A DNA stretch of 64,000 nt from Acidimicrobiia bacterium (GCA_041611095.1 JBFINP010000003.1:2800-66799), one strand, 5' to 3'; shown: positions 37,297 to 46,817, numbered from the stretch's first letter. A program made the numbers and translations. Notes: generated from the sequence alone by a model not told the origin.

Positions 37297-37950
37297 ATGA
37301 GCAAGAGCGCCGACGCACCACTCGCCACAGGTGACAACGATGCCCTGGCCGGGATCCGGTCGCTCTCGGTGAACGAGGAGGCAGCCCGGGTTCGCTCGGC
37401 GGGGTTCCGGCTCCTCCTCGAGACCGGGTCTCGCGTGGAGCCGGCCGATCTAGCCGACGCCGTGGGGATCGACGTAGCGCGGGTGCGACAAGCGATCGCC
37501 AAGGCCACCGGCAGGGTCGAGACCGACGGTGACGGGCGCCTGCTCGGGATCGCCGGGCTCACGATCACGCCGACGTCACACGAGATCACCATCGGCGATC
37601 GGCGGCGCTGGACCTGGTGTGCCCTGGATGCGGTCGGAATCCTCGGGGCGCTCGAGAGCACCGGCACGATCCGCTCCACCGACCCCAGGACGGGAGAGGA
37701 GGTCCGTATCGAGTTCGTCTGCGGACGAGCCGAGGGCGACGCCACGATGTTCCTTCTTGGTGGGTCAGGCGGCGGGAACGTGCGTCAGAACTGGTGCCCC
37801 AACGTCAACTTCTTTGCGACGCGCGAGAGTGCCCAGGCCTGGGTCGCCGACCGGGATCTCAACGGGGACGTTGTCGCAGTGGCGGACATCGCCGACGAGG
37901 CCGCGACGATGTGGCGGCCGGTCGTCGATCCTTCGAGCGACCAGCCGTAG
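37297..37950 (+). CDS. merB: Organomercurial (alkylmercury) lyase MerB-family protein
   Basis: RRWTWCALDAVGILGAL matches the MerB Cys96/Asp99 block (WCALD). NWCPNVNFFATRESAQAW matches the Cys159 block (C..V.FFA....A..W). Confidence 0.85.
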   Translation: MSKSADAPLATGDNDALAGIRSLSVNEEAARVRSAGFRLLLETGSRVEPADLADAVGIDVARVRQAIAKATGRVETDGDGRLLGIAGLTITPTSHEITIGDRRRWTWCALDAVGILGALESTGTIRSTDPRTGEEVRIEFVCGRAEGDATMFLLGGSGGGNVRQNWCPNVNFFATRESAQAWVADRDLNGDVVAVADIADEAATMWRPVVDPSSDQP

Positions 37951-37970
37951 CCGGCTCGGCGTTGCTGTGG

Positions 37971-38444
37971 CTAGCCCCCGGCGCCTCTCAGCCAGAAGTG
38001 GATGAACGAACCACCGTCGCCCCGATCGACTACCTCGATCTCGCCGCGGGCGTTGGCGAAGGCTCCCGTGCCGCCGGTGACGGCGAACACGATGTCCTCC
38101 TCGAAGCTGAAGTCGAGTGGGCCGGCCGCAGTGATGTCGCCCCGGGGAAGGCGGACGACGAGCTCACACATCCACTGTGTGAGGGCCTCCGAGTCGGGGT
38201 CGAGATTGATGCAGCGCCCGCCGTCCCAACCGTCGACCGCCACGCCGTCGGTCGTCTCGAGGCGGTCGAGGAACGTGATGCCGCGCTCGATCTCGCCGAA
38301 GTGTTCTTGGAACGCCACGAGCGTGAAGCTCGGGTTACCTCTCGACTCACCGCTGGCGACGCCGCTGAGCGCGAGGAGGCCGAGCACGAGGGCAAGCGCC
38401 ACGATGCCGCTGCGCTTCCATTGCTTGACGGATCCCATGATCAC
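37971..38444 (-). CDS. Secreted hypothetical protein with dirigent/allene-oxide-cyclase-barrel-like motif
   Basis: Signal peptide MIMGSVKQWKRSGIVALALVLGLLALSGVASG. The C-terminal FAVTGGTGAFANARGEIEV resembles the (A/V)xGGTGxFxxAxG motif of the DIR/AOC barrel. Confidence 0.65.
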   Translation of the reverse strand: MIMGSVKQWKRSGIVALALVLGLLALSGVASGESRGNPSFTLVAFQEHFGEIERGITFLDRLETTDGVAVDGWDGGRCINLDPDSEALTQWMCELVVRLPRGDITAAGPLDFSFEEDIVFAVTGGTGAFANARGEIEVVDRGDGGSFIHFWLRGAGG

Positions 38445-38590
38445 CTCCGTCAGGGATGCGTACCGATACCGCTACCGGTGCCGGTACGGCGGAGCTAGAG
38501 GCCTCGGTCTCCCTGGGGCCCGAATCGCAGCCGAGGGCCAACCCGGGAGAGCACCCGTCCGCTAGAAACAATGCTGTGAGACGACCCCGC

Positions 38591-38980
38591 ATGCGCATCG
38601 TCGGCCCGGTCCTCGACGCCTCCGATCCCATCGCCCTGGCCGAGTTCTACGAGCGCCTGCTCGGCTGGACGATCGTCGAGCAAGAAGGCGCCCGCCCCGG
38701 CTATCCGGCGGAGGACGCCTGGGCCAAGCTCCGCTCACCCGACGGCGACATGAAGATCGAGATCCAATGGGAGGAGCACTACGTGCGGCCCACGTGGCCC
38801 GGGGCGGCGGGTGAGCAGCTGATGATGCTCCATCTCGACATCGAGGTCGACGACCTGGAGGCAGGCATGAGGTGGGCACAGGACGTCGGGGCGGTCCTGG
38901 CCGATCACCAGCCTCAGGACGACGTCCGGGTCATGCTGGATCCCGAGGGACACCCCTTCTGCCTGTTCCCCTCGAGCTGA
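38591..38980 (+). CDS. VOC-family (glyoxalase/bleomycin-resistance fold) protein
   Basis: Trimmed to ATG 38591; GTG 38576 is an alternative start. MRIVGPVLDASDPIALAEFYERLLGW...MLHLDIEVDDLEA...DPEGHPFCLF. Confidence 0.85.
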   Translation: MRIVGPVLDASDPIALAEFYERLLGWTIVEQEGARPGYPAEDAWAKLRSPDGDMKIEIQWEEHYVRPTWPGAAGEQLMMLHLDIEVDDLEAGMRWAQDVGAVLADHQPQDDVRVMLDPEGHPFCLFPSS

Positions 38981-39245
38981 CGCGGCCTGTGCCGGCCCAC
39001 CGAGCGTGCGCACCGGTTTGGTCGCGGCTGCCCGGAAGACGTGAGGCGGGTTGCGGCGGGCAATCCACGGCCACTGCTTGAGCCGCATCCTGCAACAACG
39101 CGAGGTGGGCGAGCATGAGGTCCTCCTGAGCTGCGGTGTCGTGATCCGACGGTCTGTCGATCCGCAGGCTCGGTTTCCAAGCTACGCCTCCGCGGCGTCA
39201 CTGCGGGCGCAACCTCCCTCATCATGTAGGTCGTATCATCTGGCC

Positions 39246-40151
39246 GTGCAGTGGGTGACTGACAACCTCGGGATCTCGGCGGGTGTCCAGGGCAACATCC
39301 TGGAATCGCTTGCGGTCGTCATCGGGCTGTGGCTGGTGCGCGGCATCGTCATCCACGCCGTCCGCACCCGGGTCGACGAGCCTCAAGTCGTCTACCAGAC
39401 ACGCAAGGGCGCCACCTACGTCGCCACCTTCATCGCCATCATCAGCCTTGCGTGGATCTGGGTCGACGCCTTCGACAGCCTGGCCACCTACCTCGGCCTG
39501 CTCTCCGCCGGTATCGCCATCGCCCTCTCCGACGTGTTACGAAACGTGGCCGGGTGGGTGTTCGTCCTCACTCGGCGGCCCTTCCGGCTCGGCGACCGGA
39601 TCGAGGTCGACGGCACTCGGGGCGATGTGGTGGACATCAGGCTCTTCAGGTTCTCGGTGATGGAGGTCGGCAACTGGGTGGACGCCGACCAATCGACCGG
39701 ACGCATGATCCACCTTCCCAACGGGCTCGTCTTCACCAGCCAGATCGCCAACTACACGGAGGGCTTCGGGTACGTGTGGCACGAGATCCCGGTGCTGATC
39801 ACCTTCGAGTCGGACTGGCGCAAAGCTCAGTCGATCATCCACAGTGTGCTCGCCGAACACGCCCCGCCCATCGAGCGGGAGGCCGGTCACCACATACGCG
39901 CCACCGCAGAGAGCTACCACATCAAGGTGGGAGCCCTCACGCCGACTGTCTACATGACCGTGCGCGACAGCGGGGTCTTGCTCACCGCCCGCTACCTCGT
40001 CGAGGCGCGTCAACGGCGGGGGGTGGAGGAGAAGATCTGGGGAGGAATCCTCGATTCGTTCAACTCGAGCTCGACGATCGAGCTGGCCTACCCGACGGTA
40101 CGCACATACTTCGAGGGTCCGGTCGCCCTCAGGAGCGAACCCGCCGACTGA
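39246..40151 (+). CDS. Mechanosensitive ion channel (MscS family)
   Basis: Trimmed to GTG 39246. TM helices then ALSDVLRNVAGWVFVLTRRPFRLGDRIEVDGTRGDVVDIRLFRFSVMEVGNW, the MscS beta-domain signature. Confidence 0.85.
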   Translation: MQWVTDNLGISAGVQGNILESLAVVIGLWLVRGIVIHAVRTRVDEPQVVYQTRKGATYVATFIAIISLAWIWVDAFDSLATYLGLLSAGIAIALSDVLRNVAGWVFVLTRRPFRLGDRIEVDGTRGDVVDIRLFRFSVMEVGNWVDADQSTGRMIHLPNGLVFTSQIANYTEGFGYVWHEIPVLITFESDWRKAQSIIHSVLAEHAPPIEREAGHHIRATAESYHIKVGALTPTVYMTVRDSGVLLTARYLVEARQRRGVEEKIWGGILDSFNSSSTIELAYPTVRTYFEGPVALRSEPAD

Positions 40152-40240
40152 GACGGCGCGAATTGCCGTGGGCCACGCACCGGGATCGCCCGTCAACTCC
40201 CTGATCCCAGGAGTACTGTCCGCAGCATCCACACGGAGGG

Positions 40241-40921
40241 GTGCGCATGATCGGGTACGGCGAGTCGGTCGACATCCTCGAACGGGAGCTCAACCAGGTC
40301 CTCGATGGATTTCGTCGGGTCACGGACGAACAGTGGTCGGCCCCGACCCGGCTGGAGCCGCTCGACCCCTCACTGAAGCACTGGACCGTGTTCGAGCTGG
40401 CCGGACATTTCGACATCTCGATCGGGCTCACCCGCATGCTCATCGCCGATCCGTCGCATGGCCAGCCGGGGAGAGATCGGGTCAGCTTCTTCATCTTCCC
40501 GCGGTCCGAGGTCGCCCCCGTCGTCTACGACTACGCCTACACGATGGTCGAGGGCAAGCAACCGAGCGACATGGTCGGCGTTCTCGAGGATGCGTTCGGC
40601 AAGACCATCGAAGAGAGCCGTGCCACGCCGCCAGAGACCGTGGGATCGGGTTACTACGCCCTCATGCGCCTCGACGAGTTCGTGCCTACGCGCGTCGTCG
40701 AGGCCGTTGTCCACGGGCTCGATCTCACCGATGCGCTCGGCTGGGATCCTGCGGCCACCCCGGAGGGCATCGCGCTGACTGCGGGGATTCTCGACGAGCT
40801 CCTCGCCCGCCGCACCGTGGCCGGTCGCCCCAGCGATCTCGGCGACGACCTCCGATGGATCAGGGCCGCCTCCGGGCGGAGTCTGGACCACGACGACCCC
40901 CGCTTGCCACTCATCGGGTAG
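40241..40921 (+). CDS. DinB/maleylpyruvate-isomerase N-terminal (mycothiol-dependent, TIGR03083-like) family protein
   Basis: LDGFRRVTDEQWSAPTRLEP...WTVFELAGHF and the later VVHGLDLTDALG are typical of the MDMPI_N family. Confidence 0.75.
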   Translation: MRMIGYGESVDILERELNQVLDGFRRVTDEQWSAPTRLEPLDPSLKHWTVFELAGHFDISIGLTRMLIADPSHGQPGRDRVSFFIFPRSEVAPVVYDYAYTMVEGKQPSDMVGVLEDAFGKTIEESRATPPETVGSGYYALMRLDEFVPTRVVEAVVHGLDLTDALGWDPAATPEGIALTAGILDELLARRTVAGRPSDLGDDLRWIRAASGRSLDHDDPRLPLIG

Positions 40922-40947
40922 CGTCGACCGTCGGTACTGAAGCGCGC

Positions 40948-41862
40948 TTACTTCAGGTGCCCGTCGAGGAAATCGATGACCGCGCCGATGGCTTCGCGCT
41001 GCACGTCGTCGACCTGGTAGTCGCCGTCGGGACCCCGCTCGGGATAGATGTACCCGTGGATGCGGTGGTCGTACGACACCCACGAGACCTCCTTGCCCAT
41101 CTCGGCGAGGAGGTCGTAGGTGGCGAGGAAGATCCCTTGCAGGTGGTCGTCCTCGCGTCCCATGACGAGGAGGGGAGTGGTGATCGGTGCGATGCGGGCG
41201 CGGGCCACGGCCTCGTCGATGCGGTTGCGCACCTTCTCGACCTCGGCCATCTGCATTCCCTCGATGTTGCGCAGCTTGGTGGTCTCGTCGACGAAGGCGG
41301 TGTCGTCGGGAGCGAGGGCGAGGAACTCGTGTGCGGCCGGCTCACTGGCGACGGCGGCGGCGACGTCGTCGTACTCGGAGGTGATCTTGAGCACCATCTC
41401 GCCGCCGTGGCTCATACCGATCAGCCCCACCCGCTCGGCGTCGACCCACGGCAGAGCTCTCAGGTGCTCGATGACGGCGATCTCGTCTTCGTACTCGAGC
41501 GGGGAGCGGTTGAAGAGGTCGCGCCCCTGGCGGATGTCACGCACGAGCGGCCCGCCTTCGTGGTAGCCGAGCTCCACCTCCGACCGGTACCGCAGCCATG
41601 CACAGGCGTAGCCCGCCTCCAGCAGGCGGTCCATGATGTACCCGCGGTTGGCGACTGCGTCGCGCACCCACGGCATGCCACCGCCGCCGTTGCCCGATGC
41701 CAGCAACACGATCGGAAACGGTCCCTCGCCGGGGGGCCGGCGCACGCCGATCGGGGTGTACAGCCCGTCCCACACCTCGATGTACATGAGGTGGACCGGA
41801 ATGTCGGACCCCGGCACCGGCTCGGTGATGACAACGTGCTCGGGATCGATCCGTGTGCTCAA
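40948..41862 (-). CDS. Alpha/beta hydrolase (dienelactone hydrolase / S9-like esterase)
   Basis: Nucleophile elbow GLIGMSHGG, then a downstream Asp/His region (...GREDDHL..., ...YDHRIHGY). Confidence 0.85.
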   Translation of the reverse strand: MSTRIDPEHVVITEPVPGSDIPVHLMYIEVWDGLYTPIGVRRPPGEGPFPIVLLASGNGGGGMPWVRDAVANRGYIMDRLLEAGYACAWLRYRSEVELGYHEGGPLVRDIRQGRDLFNRSPLEYEDEIAVIEHLRALPWVDAERVGLIGMSHGGEMVLKITSEYDDVAAAVASEPAAHEFLALAPDDTAFVDETTKLRNIEGMQMAEVEKVRNRIDEAVARARIAPITTPLLVMGREDDHLQGIFLATYDLLAEMGKEVSWVSYDHRIHGYIYPERGPDGDYQVDDVQREAIGAVIDFLDGHLK

Positions 41863-41872
41863 GGAACCCTCC

Positions 41873-43465
41873 TCATCGGTAGACCAGGGTCGATTCGTGA
41901 TCGGCGGCTATAGCGGCATCGATGCTGGAACCGAGGTCGTCGAGCATGACGATCGCGGCATTGCGCCCGGGCCCGGCCGACACCGAGCCTCCAGGGTGCG
42001 TCGTGGCGCCGGTCTGATACAACCCAGGGATCGGCGTGCGGTGCTCTCCCCAACCCGGTGCGGGTCGCAGCGCACCGCTCTGATCGGGGCTCATGTCTCC
42101 GCCGTGGCACGACCCGTGCCAGTTGTGGGCGTTCATCCGCTCGAGGTCGAGCGGACTCTTGAGTGCCGTCGCGAGGATCACGTCCTCGGTCAGGTTGGGT
42201 GCGTAACGGCGGAGGTGGGCGAGGTTGGCGGCCGCCACCTCGGGCATCAGGTCGTCCCAGCGATCGGGCCCGTCGGGCAGCTCGTACGGCTGGATCCCGA
42301 CGATCTTGAGGGTGTGTCGCCCGGCCGGGGCGCGGGTCGGGTCGACCACGGTCGGGCACAGCACGAGGAGCACCGGGTCGTCGAGGGCCACGTGACCCTT
42401 GGCGAAATCCTCCGCCACCCGCAGGACGCGCTCGGCCGACTCGGGTGTTCCCGAGGCGAGCGGGGCGAGCCCGCCGTCGAAGACCGGTGGCTCGGTCGTC
42501 GCATAGTGAGCGGCGCACATCGAGATTCCGGCCCGCCACGACGTCACCCCATAGGTGAAGGCGTCGCCCCACACCTGCGATGGCGCCATGGCGACGAGGT
42601 GCTTGATGTGGATGGTCGACAGGACCGCCCGCGTCGCCCAAAAACGCTCATCTGTGTCCGTCTCCACCCCAACGCACCGCTCGTCCTCCATGATCAGGCT
42701 GGAGACCCGCCGTCCGGTGAGCACCGTCCCCCCGTGGTCCTCGATGAGCCGGCCCAACGCGGTGGGGAGGGCCTGCGATCCGCCCTTGGGTAGGACCCAG
42801 GAATGACGTTGCCGCCCGAAGGCGAGGGCGTAGGCCAGCCGCCCCGTGCCGACCCGCTGGGGCGGCTGCATCGTCATCATCGCCATCCACATCATGAAGG
42901 CGCGGCTACGCCAGTCCTCGAAGTGCTCGAAGATGATCGAGGAGGCGGTGTGATGCCGGATCCGTTGCCAGCGATGGCCGTCCGGGAGCCGTGCGAGACG
43001 CTCGTCGAGCCCCGGGCCGCGACCGATCGGCGTGTACCGCCACCCGTTGAAGGCAGACGCCACCGCACCGTAGGCATCGATCATTCCCTTGTAGCTCGCC
43101 GCATCGGCGGCGGAGTATCTGGCGAACTCGGCCGCCGTCCGTTCGATGTCGCGCCACATCGTGATTGAGCTGCCGTCGGGAAGCGGGATGTGGACCACGG
43201 GGTCGGGCCTGATGTACTCCAAGCCGTAGTCGCCCAGCCGCAGCTCGTCGCGGGCGATGGTGGGGCTCGACTGAAGCAGCGTGTGGGCCGTGGAGCAGGA
43301 GTCGTGGAGGTAGCCGGGGAGCGTGAGCTCGCTCGTTGCGGTGTCACCCCCGATCCGCTCCTCTGCCTCCAGCACGATGACCTTGAAGCCCGCTTTGGCG
43401 AGGTAGGCGGCGCCGACGAGGCTGTTGTGCCCGGCTCCGGCAACGACCACGTCACAATCGCTCAT
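41873..43465 (-). CDS. FAD/NAD(P)-binding oxidoreductase of the phytoene-desaturase (CrtI/amine-oxidase) family
   Basis: MSDCDVVVAGAGHNSLVGAAYLAKAGFKVIVLEAEERIGG is a dinucleotide-binding motif. The C-terminal YQTGATTHPGGSVSAGPG is typical. Confidence 0.9.
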   Translation of the reverse strand: MSDCDVVVAGAGHNSLVGAAYLAKAGFKVIVLEAEERIGGDTATSELTLPGYLHDSCSTAHTLLQSSPTIARDELRLGDYGLEYIRPDPVVHIPLPDGSSITMWRDIERTAAEFARYSAADAASYKGMIDAYGAVASAFNGWRYTPIGRGPGLDERLARLPDGHRWQRIRHHTASSIIFEHFEDWRSRAFMMWMAMMTMQPPQRVGTGRLAYALAFGRQRHSWVLPKGGSQALPTALGRLIEDHGGTVLTGRRVSSLIMEDERCVGVETDTDERFWATRAVLSTIHIKHLVAMAPSQVWGDAFTYGVTSWRAGISMCAAHYATTEPPVFDGGLAPLASGTPESAERVLRVAEDFAKGHVALDDPVLLVLCPTVVDPTRAPAGRHTLKIVGIQPYELPDGPDRWDDLMPEVAAANLAHLRRYAPNLTEDVILATALKSPLDLERMNAHNWHGSCHGGDMSPDQSGALRPAPGWGEHRTPIPGLYQTGATTHPGGSVSAGPGRNAAIVMLDDLGSSIDAAIAADHESTLVYR

Positions 43466-43492
43466 CGGAGCTCCACGACACGGGTGCCTGCA

Positions 43493-43506
43493 TGCAATCG
43501 ATAGTA
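43493..43506. promoter_or_regulatory. Degenerate copy of the LacI-type operator (TGCAATCGATAGTA)
   Basis: 2 mismatches to the TGCAATCGATTGCA core. Lies 28 nt upstream of the oxidoreductase ATG (43465). Confidence 0.35.
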
Positions 43507-43544
43507 GGAAGCTGCGTGTGGGGGCGCACCAGGGCCAAATGGCA

Positions 43545-44426
43545 TCACCCGGCCCCCGTGAGCACGACGAGGACGGAGCCGCCGACGACGGCGACCATCC
43601 CGGCGATGAGCCTCCACGTGAGGTGCTCCATCTCCGTGCCTACCACGACCGGGGCGACGAACACGACCACCGGGGTAGCCAGTTGCATGAGCGTGATGGC
43701 GACGCTGATCTCGATGAGGTCGTAGGCGATCCACTGCGAGGCGATGGATGCGCCGACGATCACGGCTCCCAGCGCGATCCAGCCTCCGGCGCCTCGAGGA
43801 TCGACGCCCCCGACCCGCGGCAGCCCGAGCGCGAGCACCAAGGCGTACAGGGCGGTGGCGGCGGCGAGTCCGACGGTCACGCCGACGAGGGGAATCGGGA
43901 GCCCGGACAGACCCCATCGGATGAACAGCGGGCTGCTACCCCAAGACATCGCCGAACCGAGGGCGAACCACGGCACCTGCGTCTGGTGGAGTCCCTCGGG
44001 GTCGGCGCGGGTGGCGATGAGGGCCACGCCGATGACAACGGCGAGCACGCCGAGCGCAGTGAGTGGTGGAAGCGGCTCATGGAGCACGAGCGCCGCCATC
44101 ACGCTTCCGATGAGCGGCGTGGCGGCGATGGCGACGCCGGTGCGGGAGGCGCCGATGCGTTGCTGACTGAGGCCGAGGAAGGTCCATCCGAAGAAGAAGT
44201 GGACGATCCCGGCGGCGGCGAACGCGGCAAACGCCCACACGGGGGCCGATCCCACCGGACCGAGGTCCTGGGTGGTGACCGCCACCACGGCGAGGATCAG
44301 CACGGCGGCGAGGAGGAGCCGGAACGTACCCCGGTAGGCGTCGATCAGCTGGTTGGCCCGCCGGTTCACGGCCTGGAAGATGCCGAAGCCGATCCCGGCG
44401 GCCACCGCCGCCATGATGCCCGTCAC
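43545..44426 (-). CDS. EamA/DMT-superfamily transporter
   Basis: 10-TM-like profile with two EamA halves. The start is set to GTG 44426, which forms a GTGA overlap with the stop of the Mo-hydroxylase gene. ATG 44414 is an alternative start. Confidence 0.85.
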   Translation of the reverse strand: MTGIMAAVAAGIGFGIFQAVNRRANQLIDAYRGTFRLLLAAVLILAVVAVTTQDLGPVGSAPVWAFAAFAAAGIVHFFFGWTFLGLSQQRIGASRTGVAIAATPLIGSVMAALVLHEPLPPLTALGVLAVVIGVALIATRADPEGLHQTQVPWFALGSAMSWGSSPLFIRWGLSGLPIPLVGVTVGLAAATALYALVLALGLPRVGGVDPRGAGGWIALGAVIVGASIASQWIAYDLIEISVAITLMQLATPVVVFVAPVVVGTEMEHLTWRLIAGMVAVVGGSVLVVLTGAG

Positions 44427-46720
44427 GGTGCGGCGCCCCGCACCGCCGCCTCGTTGAGGGCATGCCACACCCGGTCGGCAGTGAGTGGGATCTGCAGCTC
44501 GGTGACGCCGTAGGGCTCGAGTGCGTCGAGCGTCGCATTGATGATCGCCGGGGGCATCCCGATGCAGCCACCCTCACCGGCTCCCTTGGCCCCGAGCGGG
44601 TTCGACGGCGCCGGGTGCGTGAGGTGACCGAGCGCCAGCGGTGCGTCGAGCGCCGACGAGGGGATCAGGTAGTCCATGAAGGTGGTGCTCAGCGGCTGGC
44701 CGAGCTCGTCGTAGCGCATCCGCTCATAGAGGGCGGCGCCGAGCCCCTGTGTCACGGAACCGCGGACCTGACCCGTCACGATCATCGAATCGAGCACGGT
44801 GCCCACGTCGTCGACTGCGACGAGGCGCAGCGGCCGTACCCGTCCCGTTTCGAGCTCCACCTCGACGATTGCGACATGGACGCCATAGGGGAAGGTCTGC
44901 GCACCCGGGGAATACCGCTCCTCGGCGTACAGGGCGATCTGGCGGCCTTGCGCCTCGGCTGCGATCTGCGCGAGGGTGACGCCGGCGTCGGGAACCCCGG
45001 CGACCTGGACCGCACCGCCGACGAAGACGAGATCGCCCGGGTCGGCTTCGAGGAGGTCGGCCGCGACGCGAGCGGCGACCATTCGCACCTCCTCTGCGCA
45101 TCGCACCACGGCACTGGCTCCGATCTGCGCCGACCGGCTGGCGAAGCTCCCGACGGAGTCGGGCACCTCGGCGGTGTCGCCAGTGCGGAGGTCGACGGCC
45201 TTCGCCTCGACGCCGAACATGGTGGCTATCAGCCGGCGCCATACGGTGGCGTGTCCCTGGCCGGCCGACGTCGCTCCGGTGCGGACCACCACCTGCCCTT
45301 CCGTGTCGATGGTCACCGCGCCGTACTCCCACGAGTCGGGGGCACCGCCCGCCCGCTCGATGAAGGCTCCGAGTCCGATGCCGACTGGATCCTCACCTGC
45401 TTGGCGACGCCTCATCTGTTCTTGCCGAACCTCCTCGTAGGCGGCGATGCGTAACGCCTGCTCGAGCGCGGCGGCGTAGTCGCCCGAGTCGTGCTTTGCG
45501 CCGGTCGGCGTGACGTGGGGGAGTCGAGCGATGAGGTTGCGTCGCCGCAGCTCGGCCGGGTCGATTCCGAGTCTGCGGGCGAGGGCATCGATCGCCCGCT
45601 CGATGGCCAGGGCCGCCTCCGGTCGCCCGGCGCCCCGGTACGGCGCAGTCGGGGGCAGGTTGGTGACGGCGGCGATCAGCTCGAACTCGACACGCGGGAT
45701 GTCGTAGAGGCCCGTCGCCACCAATCGGGAGAACTGGCCGATCTGTGCGCCAACGTGGGGGTAGGCCCCGGTGTCGGTGGTGAGAACGAACCGGGCCTCG
45801 CGGATGTGTCCTTCTGCGGTGGCGCAGAGCGTCACCTCGTGGCGCTGGCTGCGACCGTGACTCCCGGCGACGAAGAGATCGCGGCGGGGCTGCACCCATG
45901 CCACCGGCCGCCGGAGGCGCAAGGCGGCGGCGGCGATCACCGCGTACTCGGGGTGGAATCGCTTCATCCCGAAGGCACCTCCCACGTTCGGCACGGAGAT
46001 GCGGATCTGGTCCGGTTCGAGGCCGAGCACGAGGGCGAGCTCGTCGCGCAACCGGTGGGGAGCCTGGGTCCCGACATGGAGGTGCAGCGCATCGTCGGTC
46101 GGGGTGGCGAGTGCGGCGAGGGGTTCGATGGGCGACGGCGCCAGCCGCGGGTGCTCTACCGCCACCGTCACCTCGACGAGGCCGCCGACCGGCTCCGGGC
46201 CTACGGCGAGCGTCTCATGGAGCACGACGTTCGTGCCGGCCGCCGGGTGGACCAGGCGCTCGGTCCCGGTGGCCTCGGCCACCGTCAGCACAGGCTCGCC
46301 CAGATCGATGTCGGCGAACACGAGGCCGGCGGCATCCTCGGCCTGGGCGGGCCGCTCGGCGAGCACGACGGCCACGGCCTGGCCGACGTGGGTGACCCGG
46401 TCTCGGGCGAGCATGGGTCGGGCCATCCCGGGGTGGTCACGCCCGCCGATGCGGGCGGGGAGATCGCGCAGGTCGAGGTCGGTGGCCGTGATGACGTCCA
46501 CGACGCCCGGCATGGCGGCGGCCGTACCAACGTCGATGGCGAGGAGGTCGCCGCGGGCGAACGGGCTGCGGACGAACCATGCATGAAGCGCATCCGGCGG
46601 GACGAGGTCCGCTGTGAAGGGTCCACTCCCGGTGACGAGGGGAGGGTCTTCGATACGCCGGTGCGACCTCCCGACCGGACCGGGGTCGCCTGGGGACGTC
46701 ACGAAGCGCGGAGGAAGCAC
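44423..46720 (-). CDS. Xanthine-dehydrogenase/aldehyde-oxidase-family molybdopterin-binding large subunit (CoxL-like)
   Basis: VGRSHRRIEDPPLVTGSGPFTADL is the N-terminal a/b-hammerhead motif. Other family blocks are GGAFGMK, PYRGAGRPEA, SAGQGH and GAKGAGEGG. Confidence 0.9.
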   Translation of the reverse strand: MLPPRFVTSPGDPGPVGRSHRRIEDPPLVTGSGPFTADLVPPDALHAWFVRSPFARGDLLAIDVGTAAAMPGVVDVITATDLDLRDLPARIGGRDHPGMARPMLARDRVTHVGQAVAVVLAERPAQAEDAAGLVFADIDLGEPVLTVAEATGTERLVHPAAGTNVVLHETLAVGPEPVGGLVEVTVAVEHPRLAPSPIEPLAALATPTDDALHLHVGTQAPHRLRDELALVLGLEPDQIRISVPNVGGAFGMKRFHPEYAVIAAAALRLRRPVAWVQPRRDLFVAGSHGRSQRHEVTLCATAEGHIREARFVLTTDTGAYPHVGAQIGQFSRLVATGLYDIPRVEFELIAAVTNLPPTAPYRGAGRPEAALAIERAIDALARRLGIDPAELRRRNLIARLPHVTPTGAKHDSGDYAAALEQALRIAAYEEVRQEQMRRRQAGEDPVGIGLGAFIERAGGAPDSWEYGAVTIDTEGQVVVRTGATSAGQGHATVWRRLIATMFGVEAKAVDLRTGDTAEVPDSVGSFASRSAQIGASAVVRCAEEVRMVAARVAADLLEADPGDLVFVGGAVQVAGVPDAGVTLAQIAAEAQGRQIALYAEERYSPGAQTFPYGVHVAIVEVELETGRVRPLRLVAVDDVGTVLDSMIVTGQVRGSVTQGLGAALYERMRYDELGQPLSTTFMDYLIPSSALDAPLALGHLTHPAPSNPLGAKGAGEGGCIGMPPAIINATLDALEPYGVTELQIPLTADRVWHALNEAAVRGAAP

Positions 46721-46803
46721 ATGGCGAAGGGTCTAGAGGATGGCCGCGAGGGCGCAGGCCGGCTCTGAGGTTTGCTCGCCATGGGACCACCGTTGATACG
46801 CGA

Positions 46804-46817
46804 TGCAATCGATTGTA
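46804..46817. promoter_or_regulatory. LacI-type operator TGCAATCGATTGTA
   Basis: 1 mismatch to the palindrome. Lies in the divergent region between 46720 (-) and 46907 (+). It is the exact reverse complement of the site at 46869. Confidence 0.7.

Noticed and set aside
38981-39245. 265-bp gap with several 60-117-aa track ORFs
   Set aside because: None of them has a coding-like composition, an RBS or recognisable motifs. The gap is most likely the promoter and leader of the MscS gene.
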